Below the pieces are notes generated by a model, which worked only from the letters and a program-made list of their open reading frames with translations, did no database searches and was not told the origin of the DNA. The position numbers were made by a program, and so were the translations under genes. A stretch of 49,320 nucleotides of DNA, counting the filler, from Sphacelaria rigidula (taxonomy: Eukaryota): the NCBI GenBank assembly GCA_964200075.2. It is 3 parts of 3 records of this genome, joined end to end, with 100 filler letters (N's around TTAATTAATTAA, not from the genome) between each part and the next. Parts side by side here need not be neighbours in the genome. Positions count along the whole stretch, not along the records: positions 32,952 to 49,320 come from CAXNAA020001383.1; 2 more parts are not named here. One strand, given 5' to 3'. Of the stretch, positions 33,361-46,177 are shown piece by piece. The first letter of the stretch is position 1. Each line of letters begins with the position of its first letter.

Positions 33361-36300
33361 CTGTTTCGCGTTTTCGAAACGGTTTGGCGGGGGGTCGAGG
33401 GGGCAGCGGGGGAAAGAGCGTCAGTGCATGTTCACGTATGTGTCAAACTCTGGTGTTTGTGTGTGTGCCATATTCCAGTGTTTGTGTGTGTTGTCATATG
33501 TTGTCATACCTTTTACACCTACTCTTTCTCAGGGCGAGTCCGTACTCGTAGTGCCAAGAGATCGAGCCACCTCTTCCCTGGTGCAGCACATGCCAAATAT
33601 TTTAGTATCGCCGATTGGATCAGCCCTACCCCGCGCCGCGCCGACTCACTCTCGCCTAATTTGTTTTGATGCCCGTCCTCTCATGCTCTCAACAACGGAG
33701 GACATATTCCGAGTTAAAAGACAGCGTATCTGTCGGGATTTGACCCCTACAATCTTTCGCCGTGACTGGTCATTGATGTAACATTTTAATTCAGACCACC
33801 CAGGCGTGTTTGTGTGTGTTCAGGGGGAGGGGGGGAAGTCCAAGTTTCTCTGGTGGGCATGTTTGTGTTCCTATGTCGTCCTTTTCGTTGAATAGTGAAC
33901 AGACGCTCATCAATGCTTTCTTTTTCCACCTTCTACTCTTGACATAAACCCAAGCTAAAAAAAATCGACAGTAATGTGTTCTGAGTCATCATCATCGGTT
34001 CCTCGCACAATCTAAACTGTGACTCCAGCAACCCCCTCCCCTTCCCCAACGAGACTCGTCGTCTGGGCCCTGGTTTGCCTCGCTATTCTCGTACACCTAC
34101 CCACGCATCCTGCCCTCATGCACTTATCCATACTGTACGCAGTACACAATTTCACAAAGCAATCCATGGTCCGGGGGGTAGAACTTTGTCACTTCAATTT
34201 CGGCACTGCGTCAAAAGTGCGGTCTCTTCCCACCGCGCACCGGTGCTCTGATCGGTGCGACTGAAATCGGTTGAGGGAGAAGGTTGGGGGTTCATTCCCC
34301 GACAGATGCAGTTACTTATTTTTTCATGAACAGCATCTGATTCTGTCCTAGAAAACGGAAGGGTTGAGTAGCAACGAAAGTGTATTTTGACAAGGGCCGA
34401 CGCCGTGCGGGAAAGTTGGTCATGATCCAACCCGCGACATCCGAGTGGAAGCCGAATATCGGGGGAGGGATGAGTTTGTGGATCCCTTGAGACCACTGAC
34501 TCGCCCTTAGGCGGGGGTGGGGGGTGGGGTTGAAGGCGCCATGAAGAAAAAAAACAGAATCTGTGGTGGGCCCCGTGCAAGGTGTGTGGAGTTGTACCGA
34601 CGCCGAAGGGAACGCCAATCTCAGGCATTGAACACCTAAATAAACGGAGGCACGCACCATGAAAGTAACGACACACGAGGAAGCTACTTTACAATATCAC
34701 TGTTGTTGGTCTCGACATAAGCCTACCGTGCGACAGGAGACGACCCAGCTTCTGCGTCCCTGTCCTTCCGACTTGACTCCGGTCAACTACTGCTACCCTT
34801 TACGGATAGCTACGTAACTCCGCGATGTTGTTACAGTGTTAACTGACACACACAGGAAAACGCCCCGAGCGTTGAATGAACGGCTTGTCAGAAACTGAAA
34901 CCATAACCCAGCGATGTCTGTGGTGCCGTGGGTTGTCCGAGCTATACACGGTGCGTGACTACTTACCGTACCCTGCTGTACTGTGCTGTACCGTACTGTC
35001 CTGCTTCACCCAATACCCTACACTGGCACACAAAAAATCAGGAGCACCATAGTATGCGGCGGCTGAAGAATGAATTAGCTAAAACCGATGCTAGAGAATT
35101 TTACATAGCAAAACATGCGAAAATAGCACTCCCATAAGTGTTGCAGGGAAGGTTGACCACCTTCAGGCCGTGTCTTCGTCGAGACGCAAAAAAGAAGCGT
35201 ATCATGGAATGAAACAATCGTCCAAAAGCAGCAGCATGGTGACTAGTCGCCGCAACAATAGACCCGCCCGGCGATCAATCAATGCGCTGATTTTGGACGC
35301 GTGTTCCTTCTCCCGCTTCTATCTTTGGTCTCGATAAGACACGGGCTCATATGGATATAAACTGTTGTAGCAACTGCCTACTACGCCGTTCCACCGGTCC
35401 ACCAACTGTCCGGTCCTGTACGTTACTGGCAGTCGCACCGTTGTCCGACCCTCATTGGTGAGTGGGGCATCTGAAATCCCGGGAAATACGAACAACACAC
35501 GAGAGAATGCAATGCCTATCTAGGAAATGGCGAGTGTTAGAGGTCATTCAGCAACAGCGAGGTGATCCAAAGCGGCGTCAAGTTTCACCGAACATATCTA
35601 TTTAATACGTGAGGAGTACAGCAATGTCAGTCATGGGCTTGCTCGGCCCTTTTGCTACTTGTACTTGTAGTATCTATCCGACGTCCCGCACGTCCGCCCG
35701 GTTTAGGTACAGACGACAGACAAGCTGAAAGCTACAGCACACCGAGCAGATGTGAACTGCGCAGTGCAGTAGCTCCGGAGAGAATAGTAGGAGTAACAAG
35801 CAACTGTGTGTCGCAGTTGCATTGCATGCATGGTCATCTAGTGCAAGCGCTGCTGCGTGTACCGTTGTCGAACTTTGCACAAACTTCCAGCAGCTACGAT
35901 ACAACAACAGTTGAGTACCAATACCAAGACGAGTGCTGCTGCTGTCTGTGATGTGAACAGCAATGAGTTGCAGGATCATTTTCGTCTAGGTGTGAAGGTC
36001 ACACGCCTCACCCTAGGATTCCTTAGAGAAGAACGAGCACAACCATTCACAGCAGCTCGTAGAGAAGCCATAGTTGTATTCCTTCCCCCCGTTTCTCCGC
36101 GCTGAACAGACTTCTTACTGGCCTGCGGGCCGGCAAGGCCAGGCGGCCGCACCCTCGGAGTACAACCTATATTAATGCGAACCCGAAATACGCGGCGAGT
36201 TTACTACCTCCTCGGAGCTTAAACGATTCTCGATCCAAAATCCCAGACGACTTGTACTGATTGTGCTTGCACCGAACTTCTCTACATTATAATGTCATGT

Positions 36301-36699
36301 AAAGCGGGAGTATTAGCATAACCGGTACAAGCTTCTGATCCAGACGATCCTGCACTGTATCTTGTTATTCTTTCCGTGCATGCACCTGTATACTGTAATA
36401 GTAATCTACACGATCCAGCAACGTTACATTATGACATGTCAAGTCTCGATCTACACCCTAGTCAAGTTTTAGCGGTACGTTTTTGTATTAATCTAGTGTG
36501 TAGTCTTGATCTACACCCTAGACTACCACGTGCTTTTCAAAGCATTTTTCTTGGAGGAGCAGGCTCATACGTTTTATCTGAAGGCCAAGTCCGCAACAAT
36601 CTCAGCACAGTGACACAGAGAGCGTGAACGGACGGATCCTGAGTATCTGCGTGCTTCACGGCGTCTGGTAGTCTCTAGATAAACGGCAGTACCCGCAGT

Positions 36700-39600
36700 A
36701 TGCCACCTTCTTCCACTACGGTAACACCTCATGAACCTGTTTGGCAGGACAGGCAAGTTCGATTCGACTCCCTCCCTGTTTCGCTGCAGTGCCGCAAGGG
36801 AGAGGTTTTGATCGATTCCATCAATTCCGTCGAGGATACCAAAGGAAACAACGGAGAACGAGGTACTAGAAGACTGGCACCGTAATGCAAGCTGCCTGCC
36901 ATGGCGTAAATTTTAAATTTGTGTGGTATTTACACTACTGTACGAAGTAGAATTTTTGTACAGTAGTAGGCGGAGTGTAACGATGCTTTCGTGATATTGA
37001 GAGTAGTAGAGCGTTCATTGGGAGTGGGTTTTACCATTCGCTTTAATTTGAGCGATGTTTCGATATGTGTGTGCTTTTCTTTGCCTGTAGCACTGGCGTG
37101 TGCTTTCAGCCACGCGTCGATATCCTTCTCAGGGATATCAACGTCTTCAGTGGCAAGCTATACTAAGGGAAGCGTAGCAGGCCTCGTGGAGGGATATTTC
37201 GGAATTGAAACTATTGGTTTATAAATTGACCGCTTCTCACTCTCAATTGTATCATCTCCTCTCAATCTCACGAGAACATTGTTGCGTTCAGTCCGCAAGA
37301 GAGAGGTGGGAAGAAGGCAAGACACATACCCTACCACCACTACTACTCCACTACCTGGTGGTAATTGTGGGTGTCGGTTATGTTTACGTGGATAACTTAT
37401 TTTGCGCAGGACTGACCGAGAACAATGGTCGCGATGGTGCTCTGGCGATGTCCAAATTCACCAGGGCATGCTGGGTGTAGGCCAGATACACCAGCAGCAG
37501 ATGTCTCAGAATACAGTGCCGGTCCGCTCATTAGAAACAGCTATTTTCAGCGAGGCTCAAAACCTTACTTTGGCGACCGACATAAGCGTTCATAGGTGGG
37601 AATTTTGCCACACCCTCAGAACACCTTCCGAAGGTAAATACCCTCTGGCGATCCTCTAAAGGTCCAGAACCCCCTGTGGCGACCCTGTACGCACCCCTTA
37701 TAATGTGCCGCCTTCATGTATCCCGCGGCGAGAGCAAAATGTCCACCTGCGCTACTCCTTATTTCACCATTTTCCCTCATGTCTGGAGAAGAAAATTGCA
37801 TCTATTTCTTATTGGTGACTTCGTTGCGCCCTGTAACTTCTTCATGTCTCTTGCGCCAGTTATTCTTCATACGTACGACCTTTCTTTGCACGATATCGAT
37901 CGATTTCCTGCTCCATGTCTTATTATGTCCCATATTTTGAGCTCAATTTCTTGCGGAAAATTTCATACTTTTCCCCAAATCTGAGGCTCAATTTCTCGCG
38001 AAGACGTTTCTTATGAGCAGGCCGACACTGTATTATACGGTTGCTATCGGGTCCTCATTATTAAGAAGCTATATGCTCCGAGAATCGGAGTTGCGGGCAA
38101 GGGTTCTGCACGTAAGTGGGTAGATATACACAACAACAAATGAGGACCGGATAAACCGGGGACTGCACGCAGCCCCCACCTGGCTTGCTTATCCCTGTTG
38201 TGCCCTGTCTCCCTCCTCTCTCTCTCCCGCACTCTCGGTAGCCTATGCCGTCACAGACCAATGGATGTCCGTTTTTTAGAATAGATGGCGGTTACCTTGA
38301 CCAACCCCCGATGACGAAGTATTCGCTGGCGGCTGACTGGGCGGTCTACTGGGTGGTTCCATCTAGTGAACAAGAGAAGTATCCAGTTCAAGTCCCGGTT
38401 GCCTGTGAAATGTCTCTCTTTGAAAGATGGAAATGCGGTACTTGGTTCAGGCCCACGACTACTAGGACAGTAGCACTGGCGAAAGGCGACGACCCTCGGA
38501 GTTGCGACCGGAGAGCTTTCGAACTCAAATGCACTTATCTGATTCGTTAGAAGGGACTGCCCACTCGATCACTTAGTCAGCGGTTGACTGAGTGGTCTAG
38601 TGGGGTATCTTTTAAACGAGCAGTGTGATCCTGAGGCACCGATGTTACTCCAGGATGAATGTTCTCTCGAGACAAGAAGGCCCCGCAACATCAAGCGGAC
38701 ATACCGTTGAGGGGCATACATATTTACACAAGCGCTTTTAGCTCCCCTAGCGGAGCAATGTTCTAGTGTCATCAGCGCCACAATTTTCATACCAAAACTA
38801 TACAAGCGATGAGAACGTCATCATCGGGGGGTGTCAATGTCCGCTACAAACTAGGGGTACATGCAGTGCGATGTATTGTGTTGTCTGATGACATAATCAA
38901 AGTTGTCCCGAGTGGTCGGGTGGCTCTGAGCCACTTCTCCATACAGCGCCGTGGTGAACGAAACAAGTTTAGACCCCCCGTGGAGGTTGAAATCATGGTA
39001 ACCCTTGTCAGCCTTCCTTGCTCAACAACGATGACGCAGCGCCGATGTGTATAAACACGCAATTCAATACCGCATGAACACACGTGCATGTCAATCTACC
39101 GGTGTGTGTACTCGCTATTCACACATGCCACGTTTTATATCCCCCTCTCCTGTATTTCCCTCCTTCGCTTTTTCCCTAGGCAGGCTCGTTGGTGGTCACA
39201 AACCTGCGCATACTGTGGATATCGCATAAGCTCTCGAGAGTCAACTTGAGTGAGTAAAGCATTGTCTACGTTTGATCTTCAATATGTGATACACAACAAG
39301 CTAACAATGTAATACTAATATATCTGACAGTTTGGTGTTTCGGCAATTTTTTTGTGTCTGTTAGAGCTCACCTGCTCCGACCATCGTCTCTGACGAGTGT
39401 AGACATGGCCACTTCCAGGATGCAGGCACATAGTTCCCACTCGAGTAGGTTGGATGAAAAGATAGCATGCGGACTCGAATGGTCTACGATACAAGAGTCA
39501 TACTTTCTGCTAGAGATGCCTCTTCTCGGCATCCTAGATTCAAACGAGCAATTGAACAGTTCTTGACCCTTGAGACACTCATGTGCTCCGAGTTTGTGTG

Positions 39601-42600
39601 AAGCCAGGCTACGCAACGACATCTGCATCTGCATCTGCATTTGCACACTAAAACAAGTGACTTACACCAAGGAAAGTTGAAGGCCAGGAAGGGCATAGTT
39701 GTCGCCATGAGTGCACCTTAACATACATGCATTTAGCCGGATTTGAGAGGCTGGAGTCCGCTCAGGCGTACGTACTTCCGACGCTAATCCCGAGTTTTTC
39801 AGTGTATTCGTCATGGACCGATAACGACCGGCTATCAAACAGTCTCAATATCTCGTGAGAAAGCTTGGGTGCCTAAAGGGCCAATGGATTCAAGGATGCG
39901 TCGAACAACTGTGAAGCCCCGGATGGATATTACTCGCAGCATACCTCACGCTTCTTTTACCGCCGAATCACGGAGTAAAGGAATACTTCAAGTGTTCGCT
40001 AACGATCCTGAGTTCATGGAACGGTAGTATGAGAGGATTTGTCGACGGAGTATGTTCTGGTGACGGGGAGCGAATTCGCGTCCGCCTCAATCTTCCCGAC
40101 CAACAGATCAGCAGAGAGTACTGCAGAGACAAGAATGGCAATGATTTCTCCTTCCCTCGCTCTTGGTGGTCCACATGACAGACTTCAGGTTCAGCGCGTT
40201 GGACACACGTGACGCATTCAAGGAAACCAAAAAGTCACTTTTGCACAGTACCCGCTGAGTGAGATTTCCCCTTAAACACAACTGTAGTTCGCGCTTTATG
40301 TCGTGCCGCCGCCGCCGCCGCCGTCGTCGCTGCTGGTGGTGTTACTGTCGCCATCACGTGACAGGCATCGGGTTCAATACCGTGTTGAACATATCCATTC
40401 GGAGAGCCAAATCCAAACTCAGGGGTTCCACGCAGGCCCTGTGCGTTACATCGAAGTACCAACAATCCCGGTTCGAGTTCATTTTCACGAGCCTAGTCAA
40501 GAACTCGCCGCGGCTCTTCACCACCGTTCAGGCAGTACTCAGGTGTGTACCACGTGTATTTCTGTGCAAAACAAACAAAACAAAAGCAACACTATCATCT
40601 ACCGTCTACTACGATCAGATTCGTCGCCAGATAGCCTTACGAACAAATGTCTACCTGCTGGTGCAGAATTTTGGCTCACCTCGTACGGCCATCGTACACC
40701 TGCATCCCGGTGGCTGTCTTCTTTGATTCACAATTCTTTGATTTTACGCTGGATTGATTGTGCACGGTGGAAACACAGCAGCCTACCCGAAGGGTGGTGT
40801 GACATTCACTGGTCGTCAGATGTACCTTTGTCAGTCATAGACGAGGGTAGTGGCGGTAGGTGCGTACGTATAATTATCGTACGTAACAAACAAGCGGGTA
40901 GCTACGCGGCACCGCTTCCGATCGTACAGCAAATGGGCTCTGTTGCAAAATGAAGCAGGACAGTTGCCTCGGCGGCGTAGATCGAAACGATAGAGCAAGC
41001 ACGCCTTGACGCATACATTGCGAGAAATTGATTAGGCCGCAACGATGATTGACATGTGAACAAATGGAAGATGGACACATCGGGCGGGTTTCTTATGCGG
41101 AAAACGAAAGCCTAGTACAGACGTTAGAAGTAAATAACCAAAAGCATTGAAGCTGAAAGCACGCCCCCGACCTGCACGGAAAAATCCTAGTGCTGCACAT
41201 AACGTGGGAACAGAATTCAACATTGCGGATGAATATTTTGAATGCTGGATGATTTGCGATCGTCACACGACGGACCAAGATAGGTCTGAAATTTCAAATC
41301 AATGGTTGAATCCACCAAGGTTACAATATATACAACAGTTAGATCCTCGATATAACGAGTCCTCATACTGCTGTCGTTGAGAAGTCATCTAGAAGGCAGT
41401 AGGTAGGTCCCCGACACGCGAACAATAATCTATCAGCCTACCCCCCCCCCCCCCCCCCCCCGGGCACAAGACCAACCCTTCATGAATCGGAACATCCTCA
41501 CGAGCAGATACCTCGGGAGGAAATGTTTCTGTTGAAATTATATCTTCCATCCGCTGACGCGGAATTGACACACATTTGCGGTATATACATCTCGAACTTG
41601 CCCAACGCTGGCGCTTGGTGGAACAACTTGATCAAGTCACGACGCTAAGGAAAGCCCTGAAATCAGCACCCGCGTCGCTTTGCCGCCCTGCGTAGCATAC
41701 CGCCGGACCTGATCGTTGCCGCACCTTTTCCCAATATTAATGCGTGCATCAAAAAGACCGCACATACAGCTGAAATCCTCCCGCATATATCTCGCGTCTG
41801 AAAAATCTTTCTACAACGCAGAGCGTACGAGACCTCTACCTTGTACCGGGATTTAAAGCTTCGGGGATCTATCATCAAGGACAGAGAACTGATAACCCTT
41901 CCGCTGGAACAGATTTACAGCAAGGTGAGCAGAAAATAGTTAAACAGCCTATATATACATATATGTCCACGGAATTGGGGAAACACTACTCTTTCACCGT
42001 GGCGACATCGGTGACATGGACTAGCTGGTGTGGCGCAGACCAAACAGCCTCGATTTACATATATATATATATAGTACAAAAAAATCAACGCAAGCGTGTG
42101 GAAGGCGAAGATTGCAGTTTTTTCAGGTTCGTCGAAAACATCCCACCAGCTAGTCGTTCATTTGCCACATAAACGAGCACTTCTATGCGCCTCTTCGCCC
42201 AGCAAGCCCGAAATGAGCTGTAAAGATCCAGTTGTTTTGGCAGCAGGATGCTACCGCGTTGTACTCACGATCTTGCATGCCATAGTCACATATCTGTGCT
42301 GTGGGGGGTGGGTAGCAAACGTGCCCGCTTTCTCGCGGTGGGGAAAAGCAGGAAATCAGTGTCCGGTGCCGACAGTACCCGCCGTCCCTCGAATGAGATT
42401 ATTTTTTACTATGAAAATGTGTATTTATGCATTTGCGCACGCATGTACGTAGGTATGTATGTGTTGCAATACATACATACATACATACATACATACATAC
42501 ATACGTACATACGTACATCACGGTACACTGTCGCCACGCCCCCGTGGGGCACTTTAAATTAGTACACCAACAGCCAGTTCGAGCGGAAGGTTTCAAGGGC

Positions 42601-43997
42601 ATGTCGAGTAGCGTGTACCCAATACGCCGTACTTTTAAACGTCATACTGTTTGTACCCAAAATTCTGGCGGAATATTTGAGATCGTACCCAATCTACCCC
42701 AAAACTTTGGGTAGAGTATTGAGGGCGTACCCAATCTACCCAAACGTTGGTTAGAGTAAATACCCGGATATTTTACCCTAGTATTCAAAAGTACGTACCC
42801 TACCCGACCTGCCCTTGGAAGGCTTCGGGATCGAACTCTGAAATATTCCGTCTGTTTGAGCCCGATCTTGTCTCCGTCCTTGAAAGCGCGAGGACGGCAG
42901 TAGCGAAGAAAACATTGACAAAAGCCGAAAAAAAGATATGAGGACGTGCCGACTCAATCCTCGACAGCAGAATGTCTGGTAATTACCGGTGCAATCAAGG
43001 GCTCAATCGATCGCTTATTGATCGAGACGACGACTTGTCCCGAGAAAACGGAGGAGTTGAAAGTGTTGTATGACGAAAACAAATATTCATCCATGAGTGC
43101 TGTATTACCGTTTTTATATTTTCACACAACGCAGGTCGAGGGAGTGTGGAATCTTTCTTCAGACCAAGGGAATCTAGGATGCTTCTTCCTGACAAACGTA
43201 CGCCTTGTGTGGCACGCCAACCTGGCACAGAATTTCAACGTCTCCATCCCCTACATGCAAATGGTGAGAATAGAATAGAAGAAAATGATGGAAATTTCAT
43301 GGAGCATGACCGTTGTTCCGATACACTTGGTTCAGTGAATGATTTGTTGGATCGAGCGCAGGGGGCGCTGGAGCACCCGCGGGGGGTGGGGGTAGGGGGG
43401 GGGGAGGGGGATGCTGGGGCATCATAGGTATGCGATATAGAAACGCGTAGGATATACTTGACCATGTCGATAGAAAAAGTAATGCTTTTGAGGAGTGATA
43501 CATTTGTGAAATCGCGAGGAGACATATCCATCATGAACAAATATTTTAACGTTCGTCTGGGGGATGCAGACGGAGGCGGGGGGGAACGGTATGATTGTGC
43601 GGAAGACTTTTGTTCATCTTGAATACGTCTATGTTGTGACGACGGCCGGATTCCTCGGAGGTCCGTTAATGTTACTGAACGAAGAATCCATCAATCTATC
43701 CATCCATAAGTATCAACCAACTCCACGTGTACAAGGGGAAAAATGCGCTGTCGGATACGGTTGAACGGGTCTTCATTACGATACTGTGCCCCCCGCTTTC
43801 GGCAGCCATCATATATTCCATTTTAACATCCGAAATCGACGCTTTTTCAGCAAGGTATCTTCTGATCTTCTTGCTTCTTTTGGCATTATTCGTTTTCGAT
43901 TGGAACGTTTCGCAGAAGAATATTCGGGTGCGCGATTCCAAGTTCGGACCGGCATTGGTTGTCGAAACAACCGTCGTTTCCGGCGGTTATATCTTAG
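36700..43997 (+). CDS. BBS5: Bardet-Biedl syndrome 5 protein (BBSome subunit), exons 1-6, 3' incomplete
   Basis: Exons 36700-36862 ([20 protein letters not shown]), 39184-39249 ([10 protein letters not shown]), 40365-40542 ([17 protein letters not shown]), 41822-41924 ([15 protein letters not shown]), 43135-43263 ([20 protein letters not shown]), 43916-43997 ([17 protein letters not shown]). Phases consistent. Confidence 0.97.
42258..42288 (-). repeat. Partial copy of the short dispersed repeat core
   Basis: Reverse complement tgactatggcatgcaagatcgtgagtacaac matches 20-50 with 2 mismatches. Confidence 0.75.
42470..42518. repeat. (TACA)n microsatellite
   Basis: Direct reading. Confidence 0.9.
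42594..42817. mobile_element. hAT-like MITE in a BBS5 intron
   Basis: TIRs CAAGGGCATGTCGAGTAG / CTACCCGACCTGCCCTTG; 8-bp TSD GAAGGTTT / GAAGGCTT (1 mismatch); internal GTACCCAA repeats. Confidence 0.8.
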
Positions 43998-45928
43998 GTG
44001 AGACCGATCCCTGCGCTCTGCGCAGATTATGTTTTAGATAAAGATCTCATACGTAGATTCTCGGGCATGTAGTCAACCAGCCTGGTAGGAGTCAGTACGG
44101 TTTAGTACGAGGTATCAACAGGAACGGTCCGGGAACCGTTACTGTAGCTAGTATTCAACCGGGTCAGACCTGCTCCACGGCTCTATATTTCAAGCTCTAT
44201 AGTCGGGGCTTAGGGCTGGGATTCAGAGAGAGAAGGTCAAGATTCGGAGCTGTACATAAGCGGGTGGCATCTGAATGAATAATGAAAAGGCACGGCGATG
44301 CAGCTCCCCACGCAGGTCTGCCACCCGCTCAACCCGTCAAGATCTCTCGCGGCAATTGTCTTGCTCCGCTATAAGCGGGGCACTGCAAGGAAGCGCGCCA
44401 TGGCCACATATACACCTGACCAAGTGAACACGCTCGACCGAACATACCTGCGTTTGCTCAAGATAGCGTTTGTATGTGGCCGGGTGGGAGCAAGGTGTGC
44501 TAGAGTATGTAGAGCGATGAGGTAGCTTTTGCGCTGCTGATGGTGTTCGATGTGAATGTTTATTTTCGACCCTGAATATCCGAGCCGGCAGTTTTTGAAA
44601 GGCAAAGTTTTCTTGTGTGTATTCAAAGAAATATGAATAGAAGGTTACACAAAAAGTTCACGATTAACTCATGCCGACCTTTGCTAGTCGGTAATCCTAC
44701 GAAATCTACGAGGTCTCCACCGACATCCAGCGCACTCGGGTGATTTAGTGGAAGTCTGATGCGATCAGAATGGTGTTATCAACGTGCGAGTGTTGTCTAT
44801 TTCGGTCTAATAGTTCAGAGAGTGCTTAACTCGGGAGAAAGCACTTCGTCGATGACCATCTGTGGATCTGTCCAGTTCTGTGATGGATGTAGATGTCAAA
44901 ATATAGAAAGATCTCAACATTTCTGTTATTTTTTCATACTTTCAAACTCACTCGTACCTGAAAAAAAAAAGTACTACAAACCTCCCAAACCCCCCCCGCC
45001 CCCCACCCCCCCCCTCTCTATCCNNNNNNNNNNTTTTTTTTTTTCTTCCCCCCCCCCCCCCCCCCCCCCACAAATCACCCCCCCCCCCCCCCCCCCCCCC
45101 CCCGCGCGCACCCCTCCCATTCCTCAGCACGACACGAGCCCGTAGACTCTACGGCTCAACCCATCTCTTCCCTGGTATGTGCCTCCCCGACAAATTGTCA
45201 TCGGACACTGGATCGTGACTACTTTATCAGCACTTCTGCACCCCGTGGATATTTGTCGAACTTCTTATCACCCACGGCCTCACGCTTTCTAGGATGGAAA
45301 CTTGAGAGATATGTATTGACTATCGCGATTCAAACGCACTGTTACTACTCCACCGAAGCCGGCCAATACTATACGACCATCTGTTTAACCGCCGGGGCAT
45401 TCGGTGGCCCCATGTGGTGACGCTGAAGTACTCATATACCGTGTGGGCAGTGCGCGTGTGACGTAGAACAGTTTCTTGAAGCGCAGTGCGCGTGTAAGGT
45501 AGATGGGAATTTTCATGGTAGAGGAGAATTTGTTGTGCGGTCAAGACGGCGATGCACGGAGGGTACGCGCAATGTAGAAAACAAGATGCATGCACAGCGC
45601 AAACGCGTTTGTCCATGTGCGCGTTCATGTGTACCTACGAAAGGATCAAAAGCGGATACCGCGGAGATTGGATACAGTGTACATAGTTGATTAACCACTG
45701 TGTGGCCCACCGACAGTCACGTTAGGGTTGCGTGACCACCCGTGACACGAATACATCACGCACCGACACAAAGACAGAAGGAAGCCGAGGGATTGGAGGG
45801 AGAGACAGGACGAACAGCCCTATGAATGAATGCGGTATACATGTATACAAGAGTGATGCCACGGTAGGGGTGTACTTTACAGTCGAACAGTTTTTGGGGC
45901 TGCACACTATTATAAGGTCCAGATATTT

Positions 45929-46177
45929 GACACTTTCTACGATAGTCCCCCCCAAAAAAGTGCATGGTTTTGGGAGGCGAAATCTTCACGTAAATCGAAA
46001 TGGGAAAAGCCGCGCACAACGAGCAGCTGGGAATTCTCACCCTTGGGCTCGTTCTCGCCGATGTTGCCAATATGAGGCGCTTAATGCAGCCTGAACCCAA
46101 ACATTAGGCGCTGTATGGCCATTTTTTTCGTGACACTTTTGGGCTGGTTTTTGGGGGGGGCTATCGTAGAAAGTGTC
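45929..46177. mobile_element. MITE with ~30-bp TIRs
   Basis: GACACTTTCTACGATAGTCCCCCCCAAAAA ... TTTTTGGGGGGGGCTATCGTAGAAAGTGTC; TSD not clear. Confidence 0.75.

Noticed and set aside
32999-33781. 260-aa + strand ORF
   Set aside because: Antisense to the succinyl-CoA ligase beta exon and crosses intron and repeat sequence.
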